Assembly: GCA_963667665.2 (NCBI GenBank)
Contig: OY763927.2
Location: forward strand, 1,792,001-1,856,000
DNA: 64,000 nt
Origin: Nitrosopumilus sp.
GTDB taxonomy: Archaea > Thermoproteota > Nitrososphaeria > Nitrososphaerales > Nitrosopumilaceae
Direction of reading: 5' to 3'
Shown here: positions 20,999 through 33,000 of the stretch, piece after piece
Layout: each line of letters opens with the position of its first letter
Numbering within the stretch: the first letter of the stretch is position 1
The notes under the pieces: model-generated
Told to the model about the DNA's origin: nothing
Databases searched by the model: none
What the model saw: only the letters and a program-made list of their open reading frames with translations
Position numbers and translations under genes: made by a program

Positions 20999-22750
20999 TT
21001 AAAATAAACTGTTTGCTAGTTTTTTCAATGCTAGAATATCGTCTTCTTCATGACTAATTTTTTTATCAATTACACGAAGCATTGTGATATTCCAAACATG
21101 TTGTGAGAAAAAATTATGTTTTGTATTGGCTAACTCAATTTCATCATCTACTACAGTATCTTCCAGAAATTTAGTCACAATTACATCTGTTAATTTTAAA
21201 ATTCTGGAATTAAGTTTGAAACTACGAAAAATAGGCTCTAGTTTTCTTACATCTACTTTGAAGTCATCTTTTGATTCAAGAATTTTTTTGTGGAGTATTC
21301 TAAAGTAGACTGCTACAAAAAATAATGTTGCGTATCTTTTTGTTTTATGTCCTCCTTGTTTTCCATAATTTAATGATTTTTTTGCAAATTCTTTGACAAG
21401 ATAAGGATATAACAAAATTCTGTAATCATCTTTCAAATTATCATTGAATATATCGTCATATTTTCTTCCTCTTGGAAGAAACTGTGCTGGTGAACTGTAC
21501 GCTTCAGTTGGTCTTTGTTCAATTCCTGCAACTAATGACTGAATCGCATCTTTAGCAACAATGACTTTCTTATGGTTATCTGGAAGATAGTTGTTGTATA
21601 TCGCATCTCCTTCATATTCACTCTGTTTTGATTTTGATTTTGTATCAAAAGAACCTGCTTGAATTTCATAAAAGTACCCACAATTTTTTAATTGTGATTT
21701 AATTGATTTATGAAAATCCATGAGTGAAACAAGATCTTTTCCTCTAACTGAATTTTGAGAATTTCTGTACTTTGTAATATTATTTTGTTCTTGTTCATCA
21801 TCTGCTTTGATTATTGTAACTGTCATGGAACCTTCCATGTTTTTTGTTCTCTTTGAATGATCAAGAATAGAATTTGATGTTTGTGCACCATTGACAATTT
21901 GTGGAGCATGTAGTTCAATCAAATTTTCTCCTAACTCTACAAAGTCACTAACGACAATAGTAATTCCATTGTTATAGTAGAAGAATTTGCCTGGATTATT
22001 TTGTAATGTTTCACGTAAACCTTTGTTAACTGTAGTCTTGAATTGCATCCATTGTCTAATATTTGATTCAAAAACATAATCTTTATTCTTACTTACAAAT
22101 TCTGTAATTTCTCGTAACTTTAAAATTCCTAGAATGGTATTTTCATATTTTAGCATTTTTTCAAGTTTAATTGAGGATTTTTTACCTGCTGCAGGTTTTT
22201 TAATTCTGTCCCATAATTTTTGAATTATTTTCTCACCATCTATAATTTCGACAAATTCGTCATCATATTCTACTTTCTGATCTGTAACATAACAACATTT
22301 TACCTTGAGATTTTTTTCTTTAATTTTTGTAACAAGTTGAGCTAGTTCTGGTCTCATTTTTGTAACATCTTTTGAAAGTAATCGTTTTACGTCTTCTTTG
22401 AATTTGGCAATTGCTTCTAGTGAATGTGATGTGCCGTATTTTGATTGGAATAATCTAATTGTATTATCTGAAAAATCTACTGGAAGATATGCATCAATTC
22501 CGAGATCGTTTGCTCCATCCACAATTGCATCTGCTGCATCATCTTCTGTGGCCTCAAAAACTCGAGTTAACACCCATTGAAGAAAGTTATATCCTTTCTC
22601 AACTTCACTTTTAGCATTTTCAGCATATTCTTGTATACTTCCCTGAACGTTTTCTGCAAATCCTTCTAAAGGAAGACTAGAATTTTTTTGTACAAGTAAT
22701 GTGTGCGAACCTGGTATGTATTCTAATAAACCATTTCCATTTTGTGACAT
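20999..22750 (-). CDS. AIPR-family protein
   Basis: Motifs DGANDLGIDA...QSKY, NIRQ, FFYYNNGITIV, QIVNGAQTS, NSQN. Confidence 0.9.
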   Translation of the reverse strand: MSQNGNGLLEYIPGSHTLLVQKNSSLPLEGFAENVQGSIQEYAENAKSEVEKGYNFLQWVLTRVFEATEDDAADAIVDGANDLGIDAYLPVDFSDNTIRLFQSKYGTSHSLEAIAKFKEDVKRLLSKDVTKMRPELAQLVTKIKEKNLKVKCCYVTDQKVEYDDEFVEIIDGEKIIQKLWDRIKKPAAGKKSSIKLEKMLKYENTILGILKLREITEFVSKNKDYVFESNIRQWMQFKTTVNKGLRETLQNNPGKFFYYNNGITIVVSDFVELGENLIELHAPQIVNGAQTSNSILDHSKRTKNMEGSMTVTIIKADDEQEQNNITKYRNSQNSVRGKDLVSLMDFHKSIKSQLKNCGYFYEIQAGSFDTKSKSKQSEYEGDAIYNNYLPDNHKKVIVAKDAIQSLVAGIEQRPTEAYSSPAQFLPRGRKYDDIFNDNLKDDYRILLYPYLVKEFAKKSLNYGKQGGHKTKRYATLFFVAVYFRILHKKILESKDDFKVDVRKLEPIFRSFKLNSRILKLTDVIVTKFLEDTVVDDEIELANTKHNFFSQHVWNITMLRVIDKKISHEEDDILALKKLANSLF

Positions 22751-22780
22751 TTATTTTTCTAATATGTTATATATTTAGAG

Positions 22781-22808
22781 AACTTGGTAATTATGTAATA
22801 ACTGGCTG
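22781..22808. other. Putative attL of the 21.6 kb island
   Basis: ATTATGTAATAACT (22790-22803) is repeated directly at 44352-44365. The inner arm ATAACTGGCTG is a near-inverse of CAGCCAGATAT at 44343-44353. Confidence 0.6.
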
Positions 22809-22887
22809 TTTAAACAATACTTATAATGGTTCTGTGAAGTTATCTAGAGCTGAGTTTTGAGGCATGGCCATAATGTCATCAAACATC

Positions 22888-25243
22888 CTACAACGTGATC
22901 TGTTTTCCTTTTGGCTCCGTTTCTGACCGTGGAGCTCTGATAAAATCTGCCAGTGACGGCAGGTTTGGCTTGATTCTCTTGAAATAATCCGATATGGTGT
23001 AAATCTGTAATTTCGGATACTGTTCCCCAAAAGGGGTTTCAAATATTCCTGCTGTTGCTGCTGCCTCTTTCATCTTTCTTGTAGGTTCTCTCAGACAGAC
23101 AAAGACTCCCAGTTCTGCCTTTTCACTGTCCATGGTTCCAATCAAATCTCTGACCATTCCTGGATTTAGGCTATCTCCGCCTTTTACAGATACTATGATT
23201 TTGACATCAATTCGCTTTCCATCTTTGTTGGTTCCCAACTGTATGTATCCCCTCCCGTCGATTCCTTTATCTCCTGTCTGTCTTCTATTTGGCAGCACGT
23301 TTGGAATTAGCGTAACTGCCCATGCCTCAAACTGGAATTTGTTGCGTCTTGCCAAATCTTTTGCAGATTCAAAAGAGTTGGGGGTCCCCCTCACTTCTAC
23401 GCTGACTCCAAATGCATCCTTCATTCTCTTTTCAATAAGACCTATAGCCAGATGTGTTATGTCTATCCCTATCCATCTGCGGTTTAGCTTTTGAGATGCA
23501 TGAACTGCCGTACCGCATCCGCAAAACGGATCCAATACCACATCACCCTGATTTGAACTGGAGTTAATTACTCTTTCAAGTAAGCTTAGTGGTTTTTGTG
23601 TTGGATAACCCATCCTTTCTTTGGAAGTCGGCGTCTGTTGAAATGACATACAACTTATCCTAAAACTCTCCAGTACATCATAATTGATGCCAAATACACA
23701 AACCCAAGATAATTATCACAGTTCTTCTCATATCTGATTCTTGTTCTATGAAATCCATTCTTCAACCATGCAAAGAATCTCTCAACAACAAACCTTGTCT
23801 TGTTGTAATTGTTCTGCATGTTATTTGGTACGATGAATTTGGAATTATTCCTGTATGGAATGCAGCATCTGATAGAATGATTTCTCAGATAATTCCTGAT
23901 GTATTTTGCATCATAGCCCTTGTCTGCATACACTGATACGATCTCTTCTATCATAGAATCATCTACAAAATCTGAAATTGATTCCATGACATCGATAAAT
24001 TTCGTACTATCATGTTGATTTGCAGGACTGCATACAATTGATATTGGCAATCCATTACTATCTACGGCAACATGTATTTTTGTACCTAGAATCTTCTTGA
24101 AACCATCATATCCAGTTACGTTGCCCCTTTTTTATTGGAAATTGATGATGAATCAACTGATATCTTTTGCAGATTAATCTTGTTTTGTTTGTAAGCTGAT
24201 TTCATTATTCCAGAAAGAATCTTTTTCCATACTCCTTTTTGCTGCCAGTCTTGTAATCGTAGATGTGTAGTTGATTTGGAACCATACTTTTCTGGTAATT
24301 CTTCCCATCTGCATCCAACAGTTAGAACAAATAGAATTCCATTAATTGTTGTTCTATCATCACATCTTGGTCTGCCTGTTCTTGCAGGTTTTGGTAAATG
24401 TGGTATAATTGATTTCCACTGTTTGTCTGTTAGTTCTTTATGAATCATAGAAATGATTTGATAGATGTTATTGTTAGATCCATACTATCATCAAATGTTT
24501 ACAAAATGATCTGTTTTAGGATGAGTTGATAATATCAGACCAGACATCGCCTATTGCCTTGCCTTTTTTTACCACATCATCGAGGTATCTGCGCTTTCCT
24601 CTACCGTCAAAATATTTTTTACCATTCTCGTCAGTTTTGTTAAAACGAGCAAGATATTCTTGTCTGTGTGGCTGAGTTTGCTTATTAAAAGTGAAATCAC
24701 TTGATTTTACATAATAAAATAGTGTGTCGTGCCCCCTGATCCAGTTCTTGGCCTGTGTTTTATAACCTGACAAAACCGCAATATCCCAAATTATCTCTCT
24801 TCTAAAATTCTGTGGCTGAAAGATTGCATCCAGAATTATCTTCAGATAATGACTTGCAGTAGGGTCACAGTGTAAATATAGACTTCCGGTATTTTTTAGA
24901 ACCCTGTACAGTTCAATTAATCTGATTGTCATCATGACAAGATACGCCATCATATCATTTTCACCTATAGCTTCTCTCATACCTCTGATCACTGATGAGA
25001 CAGTTGTACTTGTATTCAATAACTGCCCATAAGCCAGCTCTGATTCACTAGTCCAATGCCATGAATCCTCAAAAGCTGTTATCTGTGCAGGAGATTCAAT
25101 ATTGTCAGGTGTTTTGAATAGTATATTGTAAGCAGCTTTTGAGTTGAATGGAGAATCAAGATAGATAAGATCAACAGATTCATCTATGATGTGTTTTTGT
25201 AAAATGTCTAGGTTATCGCCAAAGTAGAGGGTATTTTTTGCAA
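22888..25243 (-). pseudogene. Beta-class N4/N6 DNA methyltransferase fused to a Mrr-like endonuclease domain, interrupted by IS5
   Basis: Motifs LYFGDNL, DLIYLDSPF (motif IV, normally DPPF), YPTQKP, DPFCGCGT (motif I), DKGIDG..SVKGG. Removing the IS and one ATA restores the frame (WSDI-MSFQQ). The TTG start is 1 nt out of frame at an A6 run. Confidence 0.88.
23651..24528 (-). mobile_element. IS5-family insertion sequence, 878 bp, two-ORF transposase (24116-24448 and 23655 to about 24130)
   Basis: 16-bp TIRs CAACT(T/C)ATCCTAAAAC, ATA target duplication at 23648-50 and 24529-31, GRPR/DSS N-terminal ORF, ADKGYD and VERFFAWL motifs, AAAAAAGGGG frameshift motif near 24124-24133. Confidence 0.93.
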
Positions 25244-25278
25244 GCTCCTCCCCCGATTATTTTGTCAGGGGACATGAA

Positions 25279-25416
25279 CTAACGTACCCTTTCCTTGTTC
25301 CAGTATGGGGAATTACACTTTTTGTTGTTGCAGTTCTTTGGTGATTCGTTCCTACTATACCAAATCTCATTGCATCTATTGCACTCGTGTCGCCAATATG
25401 CACCATCTACTTTCAT
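25279..25416 (-). CDS. Small Zn-ribbon protein (45 aa)
   Basis: Hand translation MKVDGAYWRHECNRCNEIWYSRNESPKNCNNKKCNSPYWNKERVR. Divergent from the SWIM gene. Confidence 0.7.
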   Translation of the reverse strand: MKVDGAYWRHECNRCNEIWYSRNESPKNCNNKKCNSPYWNKERVR

Positions 25417-25511
25417 GCTCATATGCAAACATGAATTTGGTTATCATATAACTGTTTCCTACATATAGTCAAAACGTATAGTATATATGTAGTTAAAAAG
25501 TACAGTATGGT

Positions 25512-25852
25512 ATGAACACAAGAACTCAAAAAGCAAAACAGATTATGGAAACACAGGGTCACTGCTCACAGATTGATGCAAATACATTTTCAGTCAGATC
25601 ACAGACAAACCCTGAAAAGAGGTATGCAGTAAGAGAGACGGCAAACGGTTTAGTTTGCGAATGTCCTGATCACAGGTTTCGAAAGGCAGACTGCAAGCAC
25701 ATCAAAATTGTACTAGAGATAGTGAAGAATAACAAGTGCAGAAAGAACAACACATTTCGAATCATGGAAAGATCACAGCTCAAACTATGCAAATACTGCG
25801 ATTCAGGCAGACTAAAGAAGAACGGAACAAGACAGACGGCAAAAGGCAACGT
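25512..25852 (+). pseudogene. N-terminus of a SWIM + Zn-ribbon (IS1/IS6-like) transposase, truncated by IS481
   Basis: SWIM motif CECPD...CKH, then CKYCDS...KNG.R.T.KG, cut by the IS481 end at 25853. Confidence 0.7.
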
Positions 25853-26920
25853 TGTAATATATGAAAATTATGTCCGCTAGTCATTTGTGTCTACCTCCAT
25901 CCATTGTGGGTCATTTGTCCTGATTGCTTCTGTAGCCTTCCTGGCAGAAAACGCCTTGAGCGGGGTCTCGTAGTTGTGCATGTCCAGCGAAAAGTGGAGT
26001 CGTCTCTCGTTGTAGTATTCAATGTACTCGGACAGGCTCTCGTAGTGGTGTATCTCCTCCTCAATGCTCCTGTGGAACCGTTCAAGCTTGCCGTTGGTCT
26101 GAGAGTGATACGGTCTTGAATTGATCAACTCTATGCCAAGGTTCAGCAGCTCGTTCTCAAAGATGGTCGGAGTCCAGGTGCCGGTAAGCTTCTTGCGGCC
26201 GCCCCTGCCTACAAAGCACGATCCATTGTCTGACAGTATGGTTGCAGGAGTCCCAAACTCCCTGATGGCCTGCCTGAGCGCCACGACCGCGTTCTCTGAC
26301 GTGGCTTCCTTGAACAGCCTTGCACCTGTCACGCACCTGGATGCATCATCAAGGTAGGTTATGAGGTTCAGGCCGCGAAAGCGCGGATCCTTCATGACGT
26401 GCCAGTCCGTATGCCACATTGAATTGGAATGCTTCCGTTCGTAGCGTATCCACTTCCGCCTGCGGGATTTGGCAGTCGACAGAACCACCAGTCCGTTCTC
26501 CTTCATGACCTGGTATACCTTGGCGTAGCTTACATCATAATCTTTTCGCAGGTTCATCGCGGTGCGCAGCACGCCCACATCTTCTCGCCTGTGCTCGTCC
26601 AGTACCAGTTGCACCTCGTCTGAGGACGGCCAGGTCGCCGGTCGCCCTGGCATTCTGGGGATGTGTGGAGATCCGGTAGCACAAAACTCTGCCCAAAGTC
26701 TCCTTACGTGCCGTGGAGTCACACCTATCTGGACTGCTACCGCCGACGAACTCGTGCCTTTCTTGATCTGCCCCATTGCGTAACGTATGGCCTTGGCAGT
26801 CAAACGTTTTGTCATCTTTTTTCTTGATCGATGCAAGGCAAAATAATCCTTTACGGTAAGCTTGATCTTAGCTGGACCTAATTTTCGTACAATAGATTTT
26901 CGGACTATAACCTATAGACA
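25853..26920 (-). mobile_element. IS481-family element with intact transposase (25877-26836); left end uncertain
   Basis: HTH plus rve core WHTD, DDASR, SDNG, TNGKLERF. Right end TGTAATATATGAAAATTATGTCCG. No target duplication seen. Confidence 0.88.
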
Positions 26921-27034
26921 TAAATATTTTATAATAAAAAACAGATCATTGATTTCTAGTCATAATTATAACGTCATTTTGCAATCGGATCGTCTAATGT
27001 CATCTTTTGGAGACATGGGGGGAGGTGACAGCAC

Positions 27035-30000
27035 TTGAACCGTCATTTATACCCCCAGATTCGCACCGTACACGTACTGTCAGTCATTGCGGTGTTTGCC
27101 ATATCTGCAGGCATTCTCCTGGCTGCACAGTCAGGCTGTATCGGTGCGACTCTGGCCGGAACAGACGGCAGCTACAACACGCCTGATACAGGGCTGTCTG
27201 AGCACGCCCCTGTGCAGGCAGTAACAGCATGGGAGGAGATGACGAACCTGAGTGTTGCCTGCCAAATTGCAGACACGTTTGCAGATATGTTGTTTACAGG
27301 CGTGCTGGATGCTGCCTATGCGGTGCATGCAGTATTGAGTTTGACTGCCGTTGATAATATCGCAGATACCGTCAGCCTGAAGCTTGATGGTGTGAATGAT
27401 ATCACCACATTCGTGCCGCAGCCCCAGTATGCCTTTGCCCAGACTCCTCCCGCCGACGCGTTTGTGACCACGTGGAAGACGGCATCGGCAGACCAGAGCA
27501 TCACCATCAACTTTGTGGGAGACGACATGAACATCTCATGGGGGGACGGTATGACTGAGACGAACCTCTCGGGACCCCAGACCCACACCTATGAAGATGC
27601 AGGCAACTACACGGTCTCTGTGACCGGCGGCCTGACAGGACTTACATTGGACAGGCCTCCCGACTCCTTTAGCTTACCCGGCCTCGTACCCGAGCTTGCC
27701 TCGATAGACCAGTGGGGCAGCATATCCTGGACCAACATGAGTAACGCCTTTGCCGGAGCCTCCAACATGACCTACATGGCCACTGACACGCCGGACCTGA
27801 GTCTTGTCACCGACATGTCCTCCATGTTCGTTAGTGCCACATCCTTTGACGGCGACCTCTCATCCTGGGACGTCTCGTCTGTCAGGGATATGTACGGCAT
27901 GTTCCACAACGCCGCCTCCTTCAACCAGCCCCTCAACAGCTGGAACGTCTCCTCTGTCACCGACATGTCATCCATGTTCTTCAGCGCCACCTCCTTTGAC
28001 GGCACCCTCTCCGACTGGAATGTCTCCTCTGTCACAAACATGAACGGCATGTTCAACTCCGCCTCCTCCTTCAACCAACCCCTCAACAGCTGGGACGTCT
28101 CTTCTGTCACCGACATGTCCGACATGTTCAACTCCGCCTTCTCCTTCAACGGCGACCTCTCCAGCTGGGACGTCTCTTCTGTCACCGACATGTCCGACAT
28201 GTTCTTCTACACCTCTGACTTTGATGGCGACCTCTCCGGATGGGACGTCTCTTCTGTCACCGACATGGCCGGCATGTTCTTCTACACCTCTGACTTTGAT
28301 GGCGACCTCTCCGGATGGGACGTCTCTTCTGTCACTGACATGTCCGGCATGTTCAACTCTGCCTCCTCCTTCAACGGCGACCTCTCCGGATGGGACGTCT
28401 CCTCGGTCACCGACATGTCCTACATGTTCTTCTACACCTCTGACTTTGATGGCGACCTCTCCGGATGGGACGTCTCCTCTGTCACTGACATGTCCGGCAT
28501 GTTCAACTCCGCCTCCTCCTTCAACCAACCCCTCAACGGCTGGGATGTCTCAAAGGTGACTGACATGTCCGGCATGTTCGCCTTTACCAGTGTCTTCAAC
28601 CAACCCCTCAACAGCTGGAACGTCTCCTCGGTCAGTAACATGAACGGCATGTTCAACTCCGCCTCCTCCTTCAACCAACCCCTCAACAGCTGGAACGTCT
28701 CTTCTGTCACCGACATGAACGGCATGTTCAACTCCGCCTCCTCCTTCAACGGCGACCTCTCCAGCTGGGACGTCTCCTCTGTCACCGACATGGCCAGCAT
28801 GTTCTTCTACACCTCTGACTTTGATGGCGACCTCTCCGGATGGGACGTCTCTTCTGTCACCGACATGTCCGGCATGTTCAACTCCGCCTCCTCCTTCAAC
28901 GGCGACCTCTCCAGATGGGACGTCTCCTCGGTCACCGACATGTCCTACATGTTCTTCTACACCTCTGACTTTGATGGCGACCTCTCCGGATGGGACGTCT
29001 CCTCTGTCACTGACATGTCCGGCATGTTCAACTCCGCCTCCTCCTTCAACCAACCCCTCAACGGCTGGGATGTCTCAAAGGTGACTGACATGTCCGGCAT
29101 GTTCGCCTTTACCAGTGTTTTCAACCAACCCCTCAACAGCTGGAACGTCTCCTCGGTCAGTAACATGAACGGCATGTTCAACTCCGCCTCCTCCTTCAAC
29201 CAACCCCTCAACAGCTGGAACGTCTCTTCTGTCACCGACATGTCCGACATGTTCAACTCCGCCTTCTCCTTCAACGGCGACCTCTCCAGCTGGGACGTCT
29301 CCTCTGTCACCGACATGGCCAGCATGTTCTTCTACACCTCTGACTTTGATGGCGACCTCTCCGGATGGGACGTCTCTTCTGTCACCGACATGTCCGGCAT
29401 GTTCAACTCTGCCTCCTCCTTCAACGGCGACCTCTCCGGATGGGACGTCTCCTCGGTCACCGACATGTCCTACATGTTCTTCTACACCTCTGACTTTGAT
29501 GGCGACCTCTCCGGATGGGACGTCTCCTCTGTCACTGACATGTCCGGCATGTTCAACTCCGCCTCCTCCTTCAACCAACCCCTCAACGGCTGGGATGTCT
29601 CAAAGGTGACTGACATGTCCGGCATGTTCGCCTTTACCAGTGTTTTCAACCAACCCCTCAACAGCTGGAACGTCTCCTCGGTCAGTAACATGAACGGCAT
29701 GTTCAACTCCGCCTCCTCCTTCAACCAACCCCTCAACAGCTGGAACGTCTCTTCTGTCACTGACATGTCCGACATGTTCAACTCCGCCTTCTCCTTCAAC
29801 GGCGACCTCTCCAGCTGGGACGTCTCCTCTGTCACCGACATGGCCAGCATGTTCTTCTACACCTCTGACTTTGATGGCGACCTCTCCGGATGGGACGTCT
29901 CTTCTGTCACTGACATGTCCGGCATGTTCAACTCCGCCTCCTCCTTCAACGGCGACCTCTCCGGATGGGACGTCTCCTCGGTCACCGACATGTCCTACAT

Positions 30001-33000
30001 GTTCTTCTACACCTCTGACTTTGATGGCGACCTCTCCGGATGGGACGTCTCCTCTGTCACTGACATGTCCGGCATGTTCAACTCCGCCTCCTCCTTCAAC
30101 CAACCCCTCAACGGCTGGGATGTCTCAAAGGTGACTGACATGTCCGGCATGTTCGCCTTTACCAGTGTTTTCAACCAACTCCTCAACAGCTGGAACGTCT
30201 CCTCGGTCAGTAACATGAACGGCATGTTCAACTCCGCCTCCTCCTTCAACCAACCCCTCAACAGCTGGAACGTCTCTTCTGTCACTGACATGTCCGACAT
30301 GTTCAACTCCGCCTTCTCCTTCAACGGCGACCTCTCCAGCTGGGACGTCTCCTCTGTCACCGACATGGCCAGCATGTTCTTCTACACCTCTGACTTTGAT
30401 GGCGACCTCTCCGGATGGGACGTCTCTTCTGTCACTGACATGTCCGGCATGTTCAACTCCGCCTCCTCCTTCAACGGCGACCTCTCCGGATGGGACGTCT
30501 CCTCGGTCACCGACATGTCCTACATGTTCTTCTACACCTCTGACTTTGATGGCGACCTCTCCGGATGGGACGTCTCCTCTGTCACTGACATGTCCGGCAT
30601 GTTCAACTCCGCCTCCTCCTTCAACCAACCCCTCAACGGCTGGGATGTCTCAAAGGTGACTGACATGTCCGGCATGTTCGCCTTTACCAGTGTTTTCAAC
30701 CAACTCCTCAACAGCTGGAACGTCTCCTCGGTCAGTAACATGAACGGCATGTTCAACTCCGCCTCCTCCTTCAACCAACCCCTCAACAGCTGGAACGTCT
30801 CTTCTGTCACTGACATGTCCGACATGTTCAACTCCGCCTTCTCCTTCAACGGCGACCTCTCCAGCTGGGACGTCTCCTCTGTCACCGACATGGCCAGCAT
30901 GTTCTTCTACACCTCTGACTTTGATGGCGACCTCTCCGGATGGGACGTCTCCTCTGTCACTGACATGTCCGGCATGTTCAACTCCGCCTCCTCCTTCAAC
31001 CAACCCCTCAACGGCTGGGATGTCTCAAAGGTGACTGACATGTCCGGCATGTTCGCCTTTACCAGTGTCTTCAACCAACTCCTCAACAGCTGGGACGTCT
31101 CTTCTGTCACCGACATGTCCGACATGTTCAACTCCGCCTTCTCCTTCAACGGCGACCTCTCCAGCTGGGACGTCTCCTCTGTCACCGACATGGCCAGCAT
31201 GTTCTTCTACACCTCTGACTTTGATGGCGACCTCTCCGGATGGGACGTCTCTTCTGTCACCGACATGTCCGACATGTTCAACTCCGCCTTCTCCTTCAAC
31301 GGCGACCTCTCCAGCTGGGACGTCTCCTCTGTCACCGACATGGCCAGCATGTTCTTCTACACCTCTGACTTTGATGGCGACCTCTCCGGATGGGACGTCT
31401 CTTCTGTCACCGACATGGCCGGCATGTTCAACTCCGCCTCCTCCTTCAACGGCGACCTCTCCAGCTGGGACGTCTCCTCGGTCACCGACATGTCCTACAT
31501 GTTCTCCTACTCTTCCTTCAACGGCGATCTCTCCGGATGGGACGTCTCTGGCGTAACCTACATGGAACAGATGTTCCAGTCCGCCTCCTTCAACGGCAAC
31601 CTCGGAAATTGGTACATCACGCTTGACAATGCGTCAGTCACAGGAATCCTGCAAGCAGTTGGAAACATCACACCTCAGAATGAGTTCCTTGCAACCCATG
31701 AGCCTACGTACAGTATTGGATCCAGTAGCGACTCGGAACACTTTGGCATAAATGGTGCCGCGTTGGTCCTGATGACCATTCCTGATGCCAATCCTGCCAT
31801 TGTCAACATAACCTCCACCGGAGACTTTGGCACATCCAATTCCCGCATATTTGAGATAACTATCTTGCCAGGCGTTGCAGACACCACCAACCCAAGGCTT
31901 GCATCAATTGAGAGGTCCAGCCCGACATCCCAGAACACGGACAGCCAGTCGCTGATCTACGAGGTAACCTTTAGCGAAAGCGTCACGGGAGTAACCTCAT
32001 CTGATTTTATCCTGTCCCTAGTTGGAAGCAATGCTGGTACCGGTTCTATCACCGGGATATCAGGCTCTGGCAGCGTGTACTATGTGACAGTCTCTGCCGC
32101 GCAGGACGGGACGTACAACCTCGACCTCGTCTCGTCAGGACACGGCATCAGGGACGCAGCGAACAACCTCCTTAACAACACAACCCCCACCACCGGAACT
32201 GACGAGACATACACCGTCAGCACCACCGTCATAGACAACACCAACCCAAGACTTGCATCAATTGAGAGGTACAGCCCGGCAGCAGAAAACACCGACAGCC
32301 AGACACTGGTATACAAGGTGACCTTCAGCGAGAATGTTACGGGGGTGGACACATCTGACTTTACATTATCTCCTGACAGCACTGGCAACAGTACCGGTTC
32401 CGGACAGTTCACGCAGACAAGAACGCCTGCCATCACCATACCCTACGATCAGATCGTGACTGACACCATCCTAGTTACCGGCTCCGGCACTGCCACATCC
32501 GTCTCTGTTGCAGTGGACATCGCCCACCCATACATAGACGATCTCAAGGTAGATCTCATCGCCCCTGACGGCACGGTTCAGACGCTGCACGACCGCCCAA
32601 GCGGTCCGGCCAACATAGATCAGACCTACACGCCTGACTTTGGCAGCGTCTCCATCGCAGGAAACTGGACCTTACAGATGCACGACGATTACAGTGCAGA
32701 CGACGGCATTTTGAACAGCTGGATGCTTACAGTCAATCATGACTCTGACATTGCCACCCATGTTACCTCGATATCAGGCTCCGGTGATGTGTACTATGCA
32801 ACGCTCTCTGCTGCGCAGGACGGTACCTACAACCTTGATCTTGTGTCATCCGGCCACAGCATCACCGATGCCGCAGCCAACCCTCTAACTGACACTATCC
32901 CCACCACCGGAACTGACGAGACATACACCGTCAGCACCACCGTCATAGACAACACCAACCCAAGACTTGCATCAATTGAGCGGTACACTCCTGCAACCGA

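Noticed and set aside
1966-22580. Antisense ORFs within housekeeping genes (e.g. 1966-2268, 5478-5771, 18113-18463, 19309-19650)
   Set aside because: They overlap better-supported genes on the opposite strand or in another frame and carry no motifs.
27790-31610. CRISPR array
   Set aside because: The 75-bp units are contiguous and in frame, with no unique spacers and no cas genes. It is a coding DUF285 repeat.
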